Shown one piece after another: positions 42,779-54,097 of a stretch of DNA of 64,000 nucleotides. The DNA is from an uncultured Phycisphaerae bacterium (GTDB taxonomy: Bacteria > Planctomycetota > Phycisphaerae > UBA1845 > JANYLN01). The position numbers and the translations under genes are program-made. The notes beneath the pieces are model-generated. The model was not told where the DNA came from. It was given only the letters and a program-made list of their open reading frames with translations, and ran no database searches. Each line of letters opens with the position of its first letter. Within the stretch, counting starts at the first letter, position 1. Where the stretch lies: contig CAVYDW010000001.1 in the NCBI GenBank assembly GCA_963767465.1, positions 1,474,931 through 1,538,930 on the forward strand. Direction: 5' to 3'.

Positions 42779-43620
42779 TTGCGCGGGGTCTTCAGCGAGG
42801 CCGGAGGAGGTGCCAACGTGACGAGGTGTAACTTGCCGTGCGGCGTGCATGTGGCGATTCTGGTGGTGGCCTTCGGGTGGGCCCAGGGAGCCGCTGGTCA
42901 GGGCGGGCAGCCCCCGGCCGCGAGTCAGCCGACGAGGACCGCGGCAAAGCCTGTTAGCCGTGCGGCCAAACTCAGCCGCGTCAAGACAACATACCACCCG
43001 GGCATCTTCTCGTCATCGGCAAGCGATTCGGTGACCTACGCCAGCCAGACCTACGTCCGCTACCCGGGCAATTGGGCGGAGGTGGTGCAGCGGGCTGAGC
43101 GCTACGGTGCGGCCAATCGGATGGAGGACGCGCCACGCGCGAGGCTCGCAGGAAATTCGACGCGACCGTCGCGGAGATCTCCCTGGAGCCAGCCGTCCCC
43201 CTGGCGGACGCCTTCGAACGGGTCAGCCGCGACAGCGGCCTGAACATCTTCGTCAACTGGCCGAGCCTGCAGCAGTACGGCGTTACGCGCGACCACGAGG
43301 TCAGCCTGCCGCGGCTGACCAACATCACCTGGCGAAAGGTGGTCGAACTGGTCCTGATGCAGGTCAACGCGAGTTTGGGCGGTGTCGCGCAGCTGGACTG
43401 GATGCTGGATGGCGGCCTGCTGACGATCGCCATGCGTGACGAGTTGAACACCTACATGAGCACCCGGGTGTATGACGTGGGCGACCTGCTGACCCCGCCC
43501 CTGGTCGTCCAGCCGAGCGGGAGCCTGAACCTCAGCAGCGGGGCAGGGGCGGGCAGCGCCGGCGGCACGGGGGGGACCACCGTTGGCGGCGGGGCGTTCA
43601 GCGTCGGGTCGGGCGGGTGA
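42779..43620 (+). CDS. Hypothetical secreted protein with an STN-like (secretin/TonB N-terminal) segment and Gly-rich C-terminus; frameshift near 43140
   Basis: Signal-like N-terminus; ...VPLADAFERVSRDSGLNIFVNWPSLQQYGV... in the second frame; ends GAGAGSAGGTGGTTVGGGAFSVGSGG. Confidence 0.35.
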
Positions 43621-43652
43621 GGTAGTCGTCTCATGGTCGGGTCGGCCCTGCT

Positions 43653-44844
43653 TCAACTGCCGTCTCGACCGCCCGCATTCTCCCGCACGTACTCCAGCCA
43701 CCATGGCAAATTGCAGGAGAACCGGCCCTTGTCGCCCGCTGTCTTGCTGGTCTTCGTGACCAGAAACCGGTGAGTCGCGCCGATCAGGTCGGCCGTCTTG
43801 TTGAGTCGGTCCATATCCGCCGGGCCCGGTGAAGTCGTCAGTTTGATCTCCACGGCCCAGAGCCTCCTTGCCCATATCCAACACCAGATCCAGTTCACGG
43901 CCGTCGCTTGTTCGGAAGTAATACGGGTCGAATAGCCGGCCGGTGGCCGACAGTACCCCGATGGTCTGTTCGATGACGAACCCCTCCCAACTTGCCCCGA
44001 CCCAGGGCTGGGCGAGCAATGCATCTTCGTCCGTCACGTTGAGCAGGGCGTGCAGCAACCCGCTGTCGCGCCAGTAGACCTTCGGGCTCTTGACCAGTCG
44101 CTTGCGGATGTTCGCTTGGTAGGGCAGCAGTCGGCGGATCAGGAACGCACCGACCAGGTAGTCGAGGTGGCTGTTGACGGTGTGGTAGCTCAATCCCAGG
44201 CTTTGACCGATCTGCGAGGCATTCCATACCTGGCCGTGTGCAGCGGCGAGCATCCGCAGCAGCCGGTCCGTGGTCTGGGGCTCGGCAGGCAGGCCCCATG
44301 CCGGCAGGTCGCGCTCCGCCAGCAGCGCCAGGTGGTTCCTCTGCCATCGAGGAAAGCGGTGCGGTTCCAGGATGCCGCCTTCCGGGTAGCCGCCGCAGAG
44401 CCAGAGCCGGTCCGGCGCCGCTTCCGTCGGCACCTCCGTCCACAGGAACGGCGTCAGCTCCACCAGCGACAGCCGCCCGGCCAGCGACTCCGAGACCCGG
44501 ACCATCCGCGCCGGCGACACTGAGCCGAGAAGCAAGAACCGGCCCTTGCGTTGGCGGTCGTCATCGATCGTACCGCGCAGTCGTGGGAACGCTTCTGGCA
44601 TGGACTGTGCTTCATCGAGGATGACCAGATCGCTCCCTCCTGCAAGCCGATCCCATTCCACGTCGAGGCGCAGCCGATCCGCCTCGCGCTCAAGGTCGAA
44701 GTACACCCGTCCCAGGGATCTTGCCAGCGTTGTCTTCCCGGACTGACGCGGTCCGATAAGGGCAACGGCCGGGTAGGATTGCAGGTCGTCCCTAACTTGT
44801 TGTGTTTGAATGCGATCGATCATTCCTTGTATAATAGAATTCAT
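43653..44844 (-). CDS. AAA+ ATPase with a C-terminal DUF4143 domain; frameshift near 43880
   Basis: Walker A (LIGPRQSGKTTLA) and ILDEAQ (Walker B). The C-terminal DUF4143-like ...EIKLTTSPGPADMDRLNKTADLIGA... is in another frame, so the 580-aa ORF is a read-through artefact. Confidence 0.65.
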
Positions 44845-45043
44845 TTTCTAATTTGCAAGAGACAGCTGACCCCCGCTCGTGTCACGTGTGCAGGGCTGCT
44901 AGCCAACCAATCACCGCGTCTCTCGACGCCCACGCAGTGGGAGCCAATCCATGGCGGGGAACGGCAGTCAGAAGTGATTTGAGGCAAAAGCCTTATGTTC
45001 GGCCGCAGACTACCAAGAAAAAAGTTGTGTGCCAATTCCCTTC

Positions 45044-45058
45044 TGGCACGCGAATTGC
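45044..45058 (+). promoter_or_regulatory. Candidate sigma-54 (-24/-12) promoter
   Basis: TGGCAC-gcgaa-TTGCT matches TGGCAC-N5-TTGCW exactly, about 140 bp upstream of the SRP RNA candidate and 500 bp upstream of dnaX. Confidence 0.45.
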
Positions 45059-45194
45059 TACAATACCCGTGGCCGTGCTAGGCGGGGAGCCCCCGGTTCC
45101 CTCGGGCCGCCCCAAACAAGGCGACCCGCCCGAAATCCGGGTTATGCGGGGCTGATGGCTCAGCTTAGGACCGGCAAGTTCAGGTCTCTATGAT

Positions 45195-45312
45195 GGCTGG
45201 CTGTGGTGATGGTACCGGGTCCCATGCAATGGGACTCTTGGGCAACGGGTCAGGTCCTGACGGATGCAGCCCATCCATCGAGCCCCAGGTGCCGTGGGGC
45301 AGCCCGGCCGGA
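45195..45312 (+). ncRNA. ffs: Candidate signal recognition particle RNA (4.5S/ffs)
   Basis: GGGTCAGGTCCTGACGGATGCAGCC (45247-45271) resembles the SRP RNA domain IV consensus CAGGUCCGGAAGGAAGCAGCC. Position upstream of dnaX-ybaB-recR is the classic ffs location. Boundaries approximate. Confidence 0.4.
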
Positions 45313-45556
45313 GCAGGCAGCCGTCATAAGCTTGAACGAACCGATTCGAAGCGAGCCGCACGGCCGCTTTTTGTTCCCGGGCGGCCAACGGCGAAGACCA
45401 GCAACTGGATCCCTTGCTTCGCTCGGGATGACAGTCGGTGATCGCTTCGCAACGGACAACCGACAACGAACGACGGACAACTGACGACCGGCAGCGGATA
45501 ACTGACAACTGAAGATTTACGATTAACAATTGGCCATGAACCATTAACTCCCGGCT

Positions 45557-47329
45557 ATGTCCTACACAGTCCTAGCCCGCAAATACCGCAGCCAAGACCT
45601 TCGACGAGGTCATCGGCCAGGAGCCCATCGCCACCACCCTCAAGAACGCCATCAAGGTCCGGCCGCATCCACCACGGCTACCTCTTCACCGGCACCCGCG
45701 GCGTCGGCAAGACCAGCATGGCCCGCATCCTGGCCAAGGCCCTCAACTGCCTGAAATCCGACGGGCCCGACGACCACGCCCTGCTGCGAGTGCGACTCCT
45801 GCCGGGCCATCGCCGACGGCGAGGACGTCGACGTCCTCGAAATCGACGCCGCCAGCAACACCGGCGTGGACAACATCCGCGAACTGCGCGAGCAACGCCG
45901 ATCTACCGGCCCGCCCGCGCCGCTTCAAGATCTACATCATCGACGAAGTCCACATGCTCTCCACCGGGGCCTTCAACGCCCTGCTCAAGACCCTGGAAGA
46001 GCCGCCCGACGCACGTGAAGTTCATCCTCGCCACCACCGAGACCGCAGAAGGTCCCGGCCACGATCCAGTCCCGGTGCCAGCGGTTCGACTTCCGGCCGA
46101 TCGCCCCGGCTGGCATCGCCGACCAGCTCGCCCTCATCTGCACGGCCGAGAAGATCGACGCCGAGGCGGCTGCCCTGCGCCGGATCGCTCGGTTGGCAAA
46201 CGGTTCGATGCGCGACGCCGTCTCGCTGCTGGACCAGATGCTCTCGATCGGTGCCAAGAAACTCTCCCTCGAACTCTTGGAGCAGGTCCTGCCCCGGCCC
46301 GGCGATGAGCAGGTCTGCGAGATGGTCGACAAGTTCATCGCCTCCGACGCTGCGGGCGCCCTGGCCGTCCTCGACGGGATCATCTCCTCGGGCCACGCCC
46401 TGGAGTCGCTCGTGGTCAGCCTGATGGAGCACCTGCGGGGTATGATGCTGCTGCGGATCTGCGGGCCGCAGACCGAACTGGTCGATGCCGGCGACGCCCT
46501 CCGCAATACGATGGTCGAGCAAGCCAAGGCCTTCGACGAGCCGGTCTACGTCTTCATGCTCTCGATGCTCGAGGAACTCCGCCGGTCCGTCCGTTACAGC
46601 GGCACAGGACGGTCGCTGGTCGAGGCCGTGATCGTCCGGCTGTGCATGCTCGACGCCTTCACCTCACTGCAGACCGTCGCCCAGGCGGCAGGAGGGCAGG
46701 GGACCGCTCCGCAGGCCGCCCGATCCGGTTTGCCCTCCCGAGCGGCCCAGCCGCCCGGCCGCACGGGCCCCGCAAAAAAAGCCGATAGCCCGTCCAGTGC
46801 CGAGGCGGCCGGGGCGGGCGATGACGCGTTGCCGCCTCCCGCGGTAGCCGCCCCCCGGGAATCGTCGCCAGCGGTGGCGCCCGTTGCCGAAGCGACTCCC
46901 GCCTCCCCGGCTAGCGAGACGACCTCCGCAGCTGACCTGGTCGCCGCCCGTCAGAAGCTCGCCGAAACCCGTGGCCTGGCACCCCGCCAGCCCAATGGCG
47001 AATCGTCGCAGGTACCACCCCCGCGTCGACCCCAGGCCACCGACGCCAGGACCCCGGCGCCAGATTCCCGTGACCCGTTACCCGTAACCCGGCCTTCGTC
47101 ACCCGTTCCCCGTAACCCGTTATCCGTCTCCCGCGGCACCAGCAGCCAGGACATCAAGAAGGTCACCGGCAATTCGATGGTGCGCCGTGCAATCGAGTTG
47201 TTCGAAGGTACACTGGTGGGCGTCCGACCGCTGATGCCAGCCACGCCGGAGACTACGCCGCAGGGCGCGGCAGCCGGACCGGCGGAGTTCACCCCCGAGG
47301 CGGACACCGACGACGAAGACGACGGATGA
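45557..47329 (+). CDS. dnaX: DNA polymerase III subunit gamma/tau; at least 6 frameshifts in the first 550 nt
   Basis: [65 protein letters not shown] and SRCQRFDF are spread over three frames; the tau C-terminus is in one frame. Confidence 0.8.
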
Positions 47330-47373
47330 GTGCCATCCACAAGGACGAGTCGAATTAACCAGGAGCAGGCAGA

Positions 47374-47712
47374 ATGTTCGGATCGCTCGGAAATATGGCC
47401 TCCTTGCTCAAACAGGCCCAGGAGATCCCCAAGCGGCTCAAGGAGATGCAGGAACGCCTGGCAGCCATGACCTTCGAGGGTGAGGCCGGCGCCGGTGCGG
47501 TCGTAGCCACCGTTAACGGCAAGGCCGACCTCGTCAAACTCCAGATCAAGCCCGAGGTCGTGCGGCCCGAGGATCGCGAGATGCTCGAGGACCTGGTCAT
47601 CGCAGCCGTCACCGCAGCGGCCGCCAAGGCCAAACAGGCCCTGCAGGAGGAGTCTGCCAAGATCACCGGCGGACTGAACCTGCCCGGGCTGGAAGGCCTG
47701 TTGGGCAAGTGA
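47374..47712 (+). CDS. ybaB: Nucleoid-associated protein YbaB/EbfC
   Basis: 112 aa; MFGSLGNMASLLKQAQEI...GGLNLPGL. Confidence 0.85.
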   Translation: MFGSLGNMASLLKQAQEIPKRLKEMQERLAAMTFEGEAGAGAVVATVNGKADLVKLQIKPEVVRPEDREMLEDLVIAAVTAAAAKAKQALQEESAKITGGLNLPGLEGLLGK

Positions 47713-47769
47713 GAGGAAGGGACGAGGGGCGGGGGGCGAGAGACGAGTGGCGGGAAGACGACAACGACC

Positions 47770-48376
47770 ATGACTGCAAAAGGTCCACAACCGCTCAACC
47801 GCCTGGTTGAGCAACTGACGAAGCTGCCCGGGATCGGCTCGCGGACAGCCGAGCGCCTGGTGTTCCACATGCTCAAGGCCCCGAAAGAGGAGGTCATGGA
47901 GACTCTCCGACGCCATCACCGCTCTCAAGACGCAGATGCGCTACTGCAGCACCTGCTTCAACCTGACCGACCAGGACTCCTGCGCCATCTGCCAGGACCC
48001 GCGCCGCGACCACGGCCAGATCGTCGTTGTCGAGCAGCCCAAGGACCTGATGGCCCTGGAGGAGACCGGCCTGGTCCGCGGGGTCTACCACGTGCTCATG
48101 GGCCAGCTCAGCCCGCTGGAAGGCGTCGAACCGGGCCACCTGACCATCGACGCCCTCCTGGACCGCGTCCGCAAGGGCGGCGTCTCGGAGGTCGTCCTGG
48201 CCACCAGTCCCACCCTCGAAGGCGACGGCACGAGTCTGTTTATCCATGGCGAGCTGCAATCGCTCGGCGTGAAGGTCACCCGGCTGGCCCGTGGCCTGCC
48301 CAGCGGCGGCCAACTCGAATATGCCACTCGGGCGATGCTGTCCGACGCGATTACCGGCCGCCGCGAGATGCAGTAG
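47770..48376 (+). CDS. recR: Recombination protein RecR; frameshift near 47910
   Basis: HhH N-terminus (LPGIGSRTAERL), C4 zinc finger (CSTCFNLTDQDSCAIC) and Toprim region in the second frame. Confidence 0.8.
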
Positions 48377-48610
48377 CCGCATAGCGGCCAAGGATGTTAG
48401 AAACGGCTCGGTCGGACCTGCAACCAGGTTCTGCAACGGGGTTTGTGGAAGTACATCAGGTCCAGCGGAATAAGCGAAGTCGGGGCGTATTTCAGCCGAT
48501 CCGAAATACAAGGCCCCCCGGTGGAAGTTTGAATTGACTTCCGCCTCGGAATTGACGTTAATGTAGACAGAGGGCCGGGTTATAAGACCTACGGAAGGGT
48601 CACGCAGGTT

Positions 48611-50085
48611 ATGTCGCAGTCGATGTCACAAATGATCTCGCAGGTAATGCGACAGGAGCAGCGGCTTACTCCGCAGACTCATCCAGTCGATGGACATCCT
48701 GCAGCTGCCCCTGGCCGCCCTCGAACAGCGGATCAACGAGGAACTCGAACAGAACCCCGTCCTGGAGTACGAGCCCACCCAGGCCAAGTCGCTGGACAAG
48801 GCGCCCGCCAACAACGAGCCCCTCGAAGGTCCGGAGGGCCGGGAAAGCCAGGCGGCTGCCAACGACCCGATCGAGACCCTCGAGGCCATCATCGACCGCG
48901 GTGGCGGCTTCGGCAGCGAGAATCATGACTATCGGCCTCGGGCAGTCAATAATGGCGACGCCGACCCCAAGATCGAGGCGATGGCCAACACCGCCGCCCG
49001 GCCCCAGAACCTCCAGGAGTATCTCCTGGAGCAACTCCGCTTCGTCGAGGCGACCCCCCAGGCCCGCCAGGCCGGCGAGGCCATTATCAACTTCATCGAG
49101 GACGACGGCTACCTGCGGACCAACCTCGAGACGATCGGCGAGACCATCCGGCCGCCCATCGAAAAGCCTCTCCTCGAGGAAGGCCTGCACCTCGTCCAGA
49201 AGATGGACCCCCCGGGCATGGGGGCCCGCGACCTGCAGGAGTGCCTCCTGCTGCAGATGGAATCGAAGTATCCGAGGAGAGGAGCTCGCCAGGCGGATTG
49301 TCCGCGATCACCTGACCAATGTCGCCAAGAAGCGCCTGCCCGTCATTTCCAAGGCCACCGGGGCGACGATGGACGAGATCAAAGCCGCCATCGACGTCAT
49401 CGCCAAACTGCAGATGCGGCCCGGCTCGGCCCTGGCCACCCGCCCGGTCGCCAGGATCGTCCCGGACATCCTGGTGGACTACGACGACGAGGCCGAGGAG
49501 TACAAGGTCCGGCTGGCCCGCGGCAACAACCCGCGCCTCCGGCTCTCTCCGTATTACCTGGAAATGTACCGCCAGCACGCCACCGACCGGGCCGCCAAGG
49601 ACTTCCTCCGCAAGAAGATCGAGGCCGCCCGCGCCATCCAGGACGCCATCGAGTACCGCCGCCAGCGACTCCTGCAGGTGGCCAAGACCGTCGTCGAGCG
49701 CCAGCGGGCCTTCTTCGAGTACGGCCCCGAGAACCTCAAGATCCTGCGGATGTGCGACCTGGCCGCCGAGTTCGGCTGCGACCCGAGCACCATCAGCCGC
49801 ACGGTGGATGACAAGTACATGCAGACGCCGCGGGGGATCTTCCCGTTGCGGTTCTTCTTCACCGGCGGGACCGAGACCGACCAGGGTGACGCGGTCAGTC
49901 TGGGATGCCGTCAAGGCCCGTGTCCAGCAGAATGGTCGGCAGCGAGGGCAAGAACAAGCCCCTCTCGGACGAGCAGATCGCCCGGGTCCTCCAGAAGGAA
50001 GGCATCAACGTCAGCCGGCGGACGATCGCCAAGTACCGTTCGCAGCTGAACATCCCCTCCGCCCGGCAGAGGAAGCAGTACTAGA
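48611..50085 (+). CDS. rpoN: RNA polymerase sigma-54 factor; about 4 frameshifts
   Basis: N-terminal ...LQLPLAALEQRINEELEQNPVLE; core; RpoN box and C-terminus ARVLQKEGINVSRRTIAKYRSQLNIPSARQRKQY in a different frame. Confidence 0.8.
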
Positions 50086-50490
50086 CACCCGTTTCGAGGA
50101 CCTCTTTGTTCGGGTACCGTGCCGGTACAAGTCCGGGATCTCCATCCACGACGCAGCAGACAATCGCGTTGTCGCCGTTAACGAGCCCGAAGCGCCAGCG
50201 AGGGTATCCGTGGCCGTTGCCGTTACAGAACCCTGAACCCCGAACCCTGAACCCCGAACCCTTCCGCTGCCGGCCGTCCTCTGTAACCAGTCCCCTGTCC
50301 CCCGCCGTTGCTGTCATTCCGAACCCCCTCCGGTGCGTGCCAGTGGAAGGGCCGCTGGCGGGGGTGAGGAATCTAGTCTTTAACGTCCACGGCACCTTCT
50401 ACCGGTGTCAGCCGCCGTTGCCGTTGTTGCTGGTAGCGTTGTTGCTCCTTCCTTGTCTCCCTGTCACCGTGTCTCCTTGTCTGCCGTTTC

Positions 50491-52736
50491 CTACGTCCCG
50501 AAGTTCCCGATCATCGTCAGCAGGTCGATCACATCCACGGCCCCATCCCCGTTGAAGTCGCACGCCGCGTTGTACCCGGCGTCGCCTGCGGACTTGCCGA
50601 ACGTATCGATCAGCCACAGCAGATCGATCACGTCCACGTGCCCATCGCCGTCAACGTCCCCATCCAGCAGCGGCGTGCCCTTGCTGATGCGATTGTTCCA
50701 CGAGTCCGCCACGTAAAGGTTCCCAGTGCTGTCGACGCCAATCCCCTTTGGACAGGAGAAGATAGCAAGACCCCCCACTCCGTCCGCCCCCCCGCTGATG
50801 CCGGCAACCCCGCCGATGGTCGTTACCACCCCCTCCGACGTTACTTTCCGGATGGTCCTGTTCCCCATGTCCGCCACGTACACGTTCCCCGCCCCGTCCA
50901 CCGCAACCCCCCCAGGCTCGCAGAACCTTGCCACGCTACCCGTCCCGTCAGCACTCCCGGAAGAGCCCGCCAGCCCCGCCAGCGTCGTGACCACCCCTCC
51001 CTGAGTGACTGTACGGATCGTGTGGTTGTAGGTGTCGGCCACAAGCACGTTGCCTGCACTATCCGCCGCTACGCCGCAAGGCTTGTAGAACCTCGCCGCG
51101 CCGCCCGTTCCGTCGGTACTCCCCGAAGATCCCGCCAGCCCCGCCAGTGTCGTCACCACACCATCAACGTCACCTTGCGGACCGCGTGGTTGTACGTATC
51201 CGCCACGTAGGCATTGCCTGCCCCATCCACCGCAACCCCCCAAGGCTCGCAGAACCTCGCCTCGCTGCCCGTCCCGTCAGTGCTGCCGGAAGCCCCCGCC
51301 AACCCCGCAAGAGTCGTCACGACCCCCGCCGGTGTCACCTTTCGGATCGTACTGTACCCGGCATCCGCCACGTACGCGTTTCCCACCCCGTCCACCGCTA
51401 CGGCATAAACAGACCCGAACCTCGCCGCGCTGCCCGTCCCATCGGTGCTTCCGGGATGTGCAGCCAACCCCGCCAGCGTCGTCACCACCCCGGATGCCGT
51501 CACCCTGCGGATCGTGTGGTTGCCTGTGTCCGCCACATAGACACTGCCCGCCCCGCCCGCCGCCACGCCCCAAGGATCGCAGAACCTCGCTCCCGCGCCC
51601 GTCCCATCGTACGAGCCATAGCAGTCCGCCAGTCCCGCCAGCGTCGTCACCACCCTCCCCGGTGTCACCTTCCGGATCGTGTCGTTGAAGGAGTCCGCCA
51701 CATAAACGTTTCCCTTGCTATCCACCGTCACGCCGGCAGGACCGCCGAACCTCGCCGCACTACCCGTCCCGTCGTCGCTCCCGAGGTACGTCGCCTGCCC
51801 CGCCAGTGTTGTGACCACCCCCGCTCCCGTCACCTTCCGGATCGTGTCGTTGAAGGAGTCCGCCACATACACGTTTCCCTCGCTATCCACCGTCACGCTG
51901 GCAGGATCGCCGAACCTCGCCGCGCTCCCCGTCCCGTCAGTGCTCCCCGGAGATCCCACCAACCCCGCCAGCGTCGTGACCACCCCAGCGGGTGTCACCT
52001 TCCGGATCGTGTAGTTGAGTGTGTCTGCCACGTACACATTTCCCGCCCCGTCCACCGCCACGCCCTGAGGAGACCAGAACCTCGCCGCGCTCCCCGTCCC
52101 GTCGATGCTCCCATAGGACCCCGCCGACCCCGCCAGCGTCGTCACCACCCCCTCAGGCGTCACCTTGCGGATCGTATCGTTCCCGGTATCTGCCACGTAC
52201 ACGTTGCCCCCACCGTCTACCGCCACGCCGGAAGGAGTCCAGAACCTCGCCGCGCTGCCCGTGCCATCGGTGCTGCCGCAAGACCCGGCGAGCCCTGCCA
52301 GCGTCGTGACCTCCCCCGCGGGCGTCACCTTGCGGATCCTGCAGTTGTAGGTGTCCGCCACAAACACGTTGCCCGCGCTGTCCACCGACACACCGGAGGG
52401 TTTGAAGAACCTCGCCTCGCTGCCCGTGCCATCGGTGCTGCCTACATACCCCGCCCGCCCCGCCAGCGTCGTGACTACCCCCGCTGCCGTCACCTTTCGG
52501 ATCGTGTGGTTGTCGGTGTCTGCCACGTACACATTCCCCGCCCCGTCCACCGCCACACCGCAAGGATTGGCGAACCGTCCCATGCTCCCCGTGCCATCTA
52601 CGTTCCCACGTCCCCCCGGCTGCCCCGCGAAGTTCGTCCAAGCATACCGCACCCCCGCACCCGCCGCGCACGCCCACCCCAGCACCGCCACCGCGCACAG
52701 TACCCACCCCGGCACGACCGCTCTTGTCTTGACCAT
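50491..52736 (-). CDS. NHL/beta-propeller repeat protein with signal peptide and C-terminal dockerin-like domain; one frameshift near 51180 merges two ORFs
   Basis: About 14 tandem units of roughly 47 aa (GS.DGTGSAARF..P.GVAVD.AGNVYVAD..N.TIRKVTPAGVVTTLAG). The C-terminus DVDGDGHVDVIDLL...DFNGDGAVDVIDLL is a dockerin type I pair. Confidence 0.6.
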
Positions 52737-53247
52737 TTGTTGCTCTCCCTGCCTTGTTGACTCGGGCGGTCTGCCCGCCTCCTGTGAGATCGCCCGCAAA
52801 TGCACTTCACCAGCTGCCCCCTTCGCCCTGCAATGGCCTCCCCAGGACCGCAAGGCGTCCGGATGAGGCGACGGAGGCAGCCGAAATCCCTTTCCTTGAC
52901 CGGCTCAAAATGCCAGCCGAGCCGTGTCCGGATAGTATACCGCGCCCTCCCCCCGTTGCGCCAAGCGTTTTCCGAGCGTTTCTGGCCGAGCGACAGATTC
53001 TGACAGTGGCGTGATGCTTCCTGTCGGAACGTGGTGCCGAAAATGCCGTTGCACGCAAGCGGGGCCATGAGTTATGGGCGGTCCGGCCAGAAACGGGGTA
53101 GCAGTGGCCCCCGGCGCTGCCCCGTCTCTGGCCCCCACCGCGTCTCCCTGTCTGCAGTTTCTGAACCCCGAACCCTGACCCCTGACCCCTTCCCTCGCTG
53201 TTGCTCCTTGTCTCCGTGTCTCCCGCTCTCCTTGTCTGCAGTTTCCC

Positions 53248-53790
53248 TCACCGCGGCTTCAGCCCCCGTATCCCCTCCACATCCAGCTCCCCCGCCTTGC
53301 CCCAGCCGCTCGCCCCCGCGGGAATCTCCGGCCGGAACTGCGAATACAGGTCATACGCCCGCGCAGCCAGGTCCTTTGGCTTGAACGCCGCCGCCAGGTC
53401 CGTCATCGCCGACCGCACCGCCTCCAGGTCCTCGCCGAACTTGCTGGCCAGGTACCGCTGCACCGGCGCCGGTTCGACCACCGCATCCTTGGCGACCGCG
53501 CGGAGGCCATCCTTCGTCTTGCGAACCGGGACCTGCCTGCCGAGCAGCTCCACGCAGAACTCCTCGCCCGCCTTACGGGCCGCCCGCTCCCGGGCGGCGG
53601 GCTTCTCGGCTGGTTCCTCCGCCGGCTTGAAGATCCCCAGCCGCCGCCCCTTGGCCTGGGCGTTCAGACCCGCGACGGTCTTGCCGAGCGTCAGGGCCTC
53701 ATCGCGGTCGAAGCCGAGCCGTTCAGCCACCACCGCCGCCCACAGCGTCATCACCGGCGCCCGATTGATCTTCACGATATGCTTGGACAT
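53248..53790 (-). CDS. Hypothetical protein (basic, Ala-rich)
   Basis: From MSKHIVKINRAPVMTLWAAVVAERLGFDRDEALTLGKTVAGL...; no family recognised. Confidence 0.35.
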   Translation of the reverse strand: MSKHIVKINRAPVMTLWAAVVAERLGFDRDEALTLGKTVAGLNAQAKGRRLGIFKPAEEPAEKPAARERAARKAGEEFCVELLGRQVPVRKTKDGLRAVAKDAVVEPAPVQRYLASKFGEDLEAVRSAMTDLAAAFKPKDLAARAYDLYSQFRPEIPAGASGWGKAGELDVEGIRGLKPR

Positions 53791-53805
53791 GGCCTGCCCC
53801 TTCCT

Positions 53806-53835
53806 GGGTGCCACTGGCAGCTTGCCTGCCAGTGC
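53806..53835 (+). repeat. Family-B palindromic element, copy 3
   Basis: GGGTGCCACTGGCAGCTTGCCTGCCAGTGC, 16 bp upstream of the 53790 start codon (opposite strand). Confidence 0.7.
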
Positions 53836-54097
53836 TGCTCATTCTTCATCTTGCGCCCATCTGCGGAATCTGCGGGCCCTGCCGCCGTTGTCGTTGCCCC
53901 TCTTGTGCCCCTTGTGCCTCTTTGTGGCCATACTCGGGAGCCCCTGTCCGCAACCCGGTTCCTTTCTCCATCGTACTCCTCACAACGCGCCTACCGCAAC
54001 CGCCCCCGACCCGTCATAATGCCCGCTTGCTCCGGGCCGGCCAGGCCCGGGACGCACCCGCGAGGTGCCGGCTTACACACGGTTTGGAAAGGATCTG

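Noticed and set aside
43102-44844. 580-aa ATPase ORF
   Set aside because: Only the first ~330 residues look like the AAA+ domain. The DUF4143-like C-terminus is in a different frame (43653-44024), so the long tail is frameshift read-through.
50491-52853. Two overlapping NHL-repeat genes, or a CRISPR-like array
   Set aside because: The 141-bp periodicity is coding (47-aa propeller units) with no spacer/repeat alternation; the two ORFs share repeat phase and join with one indel.
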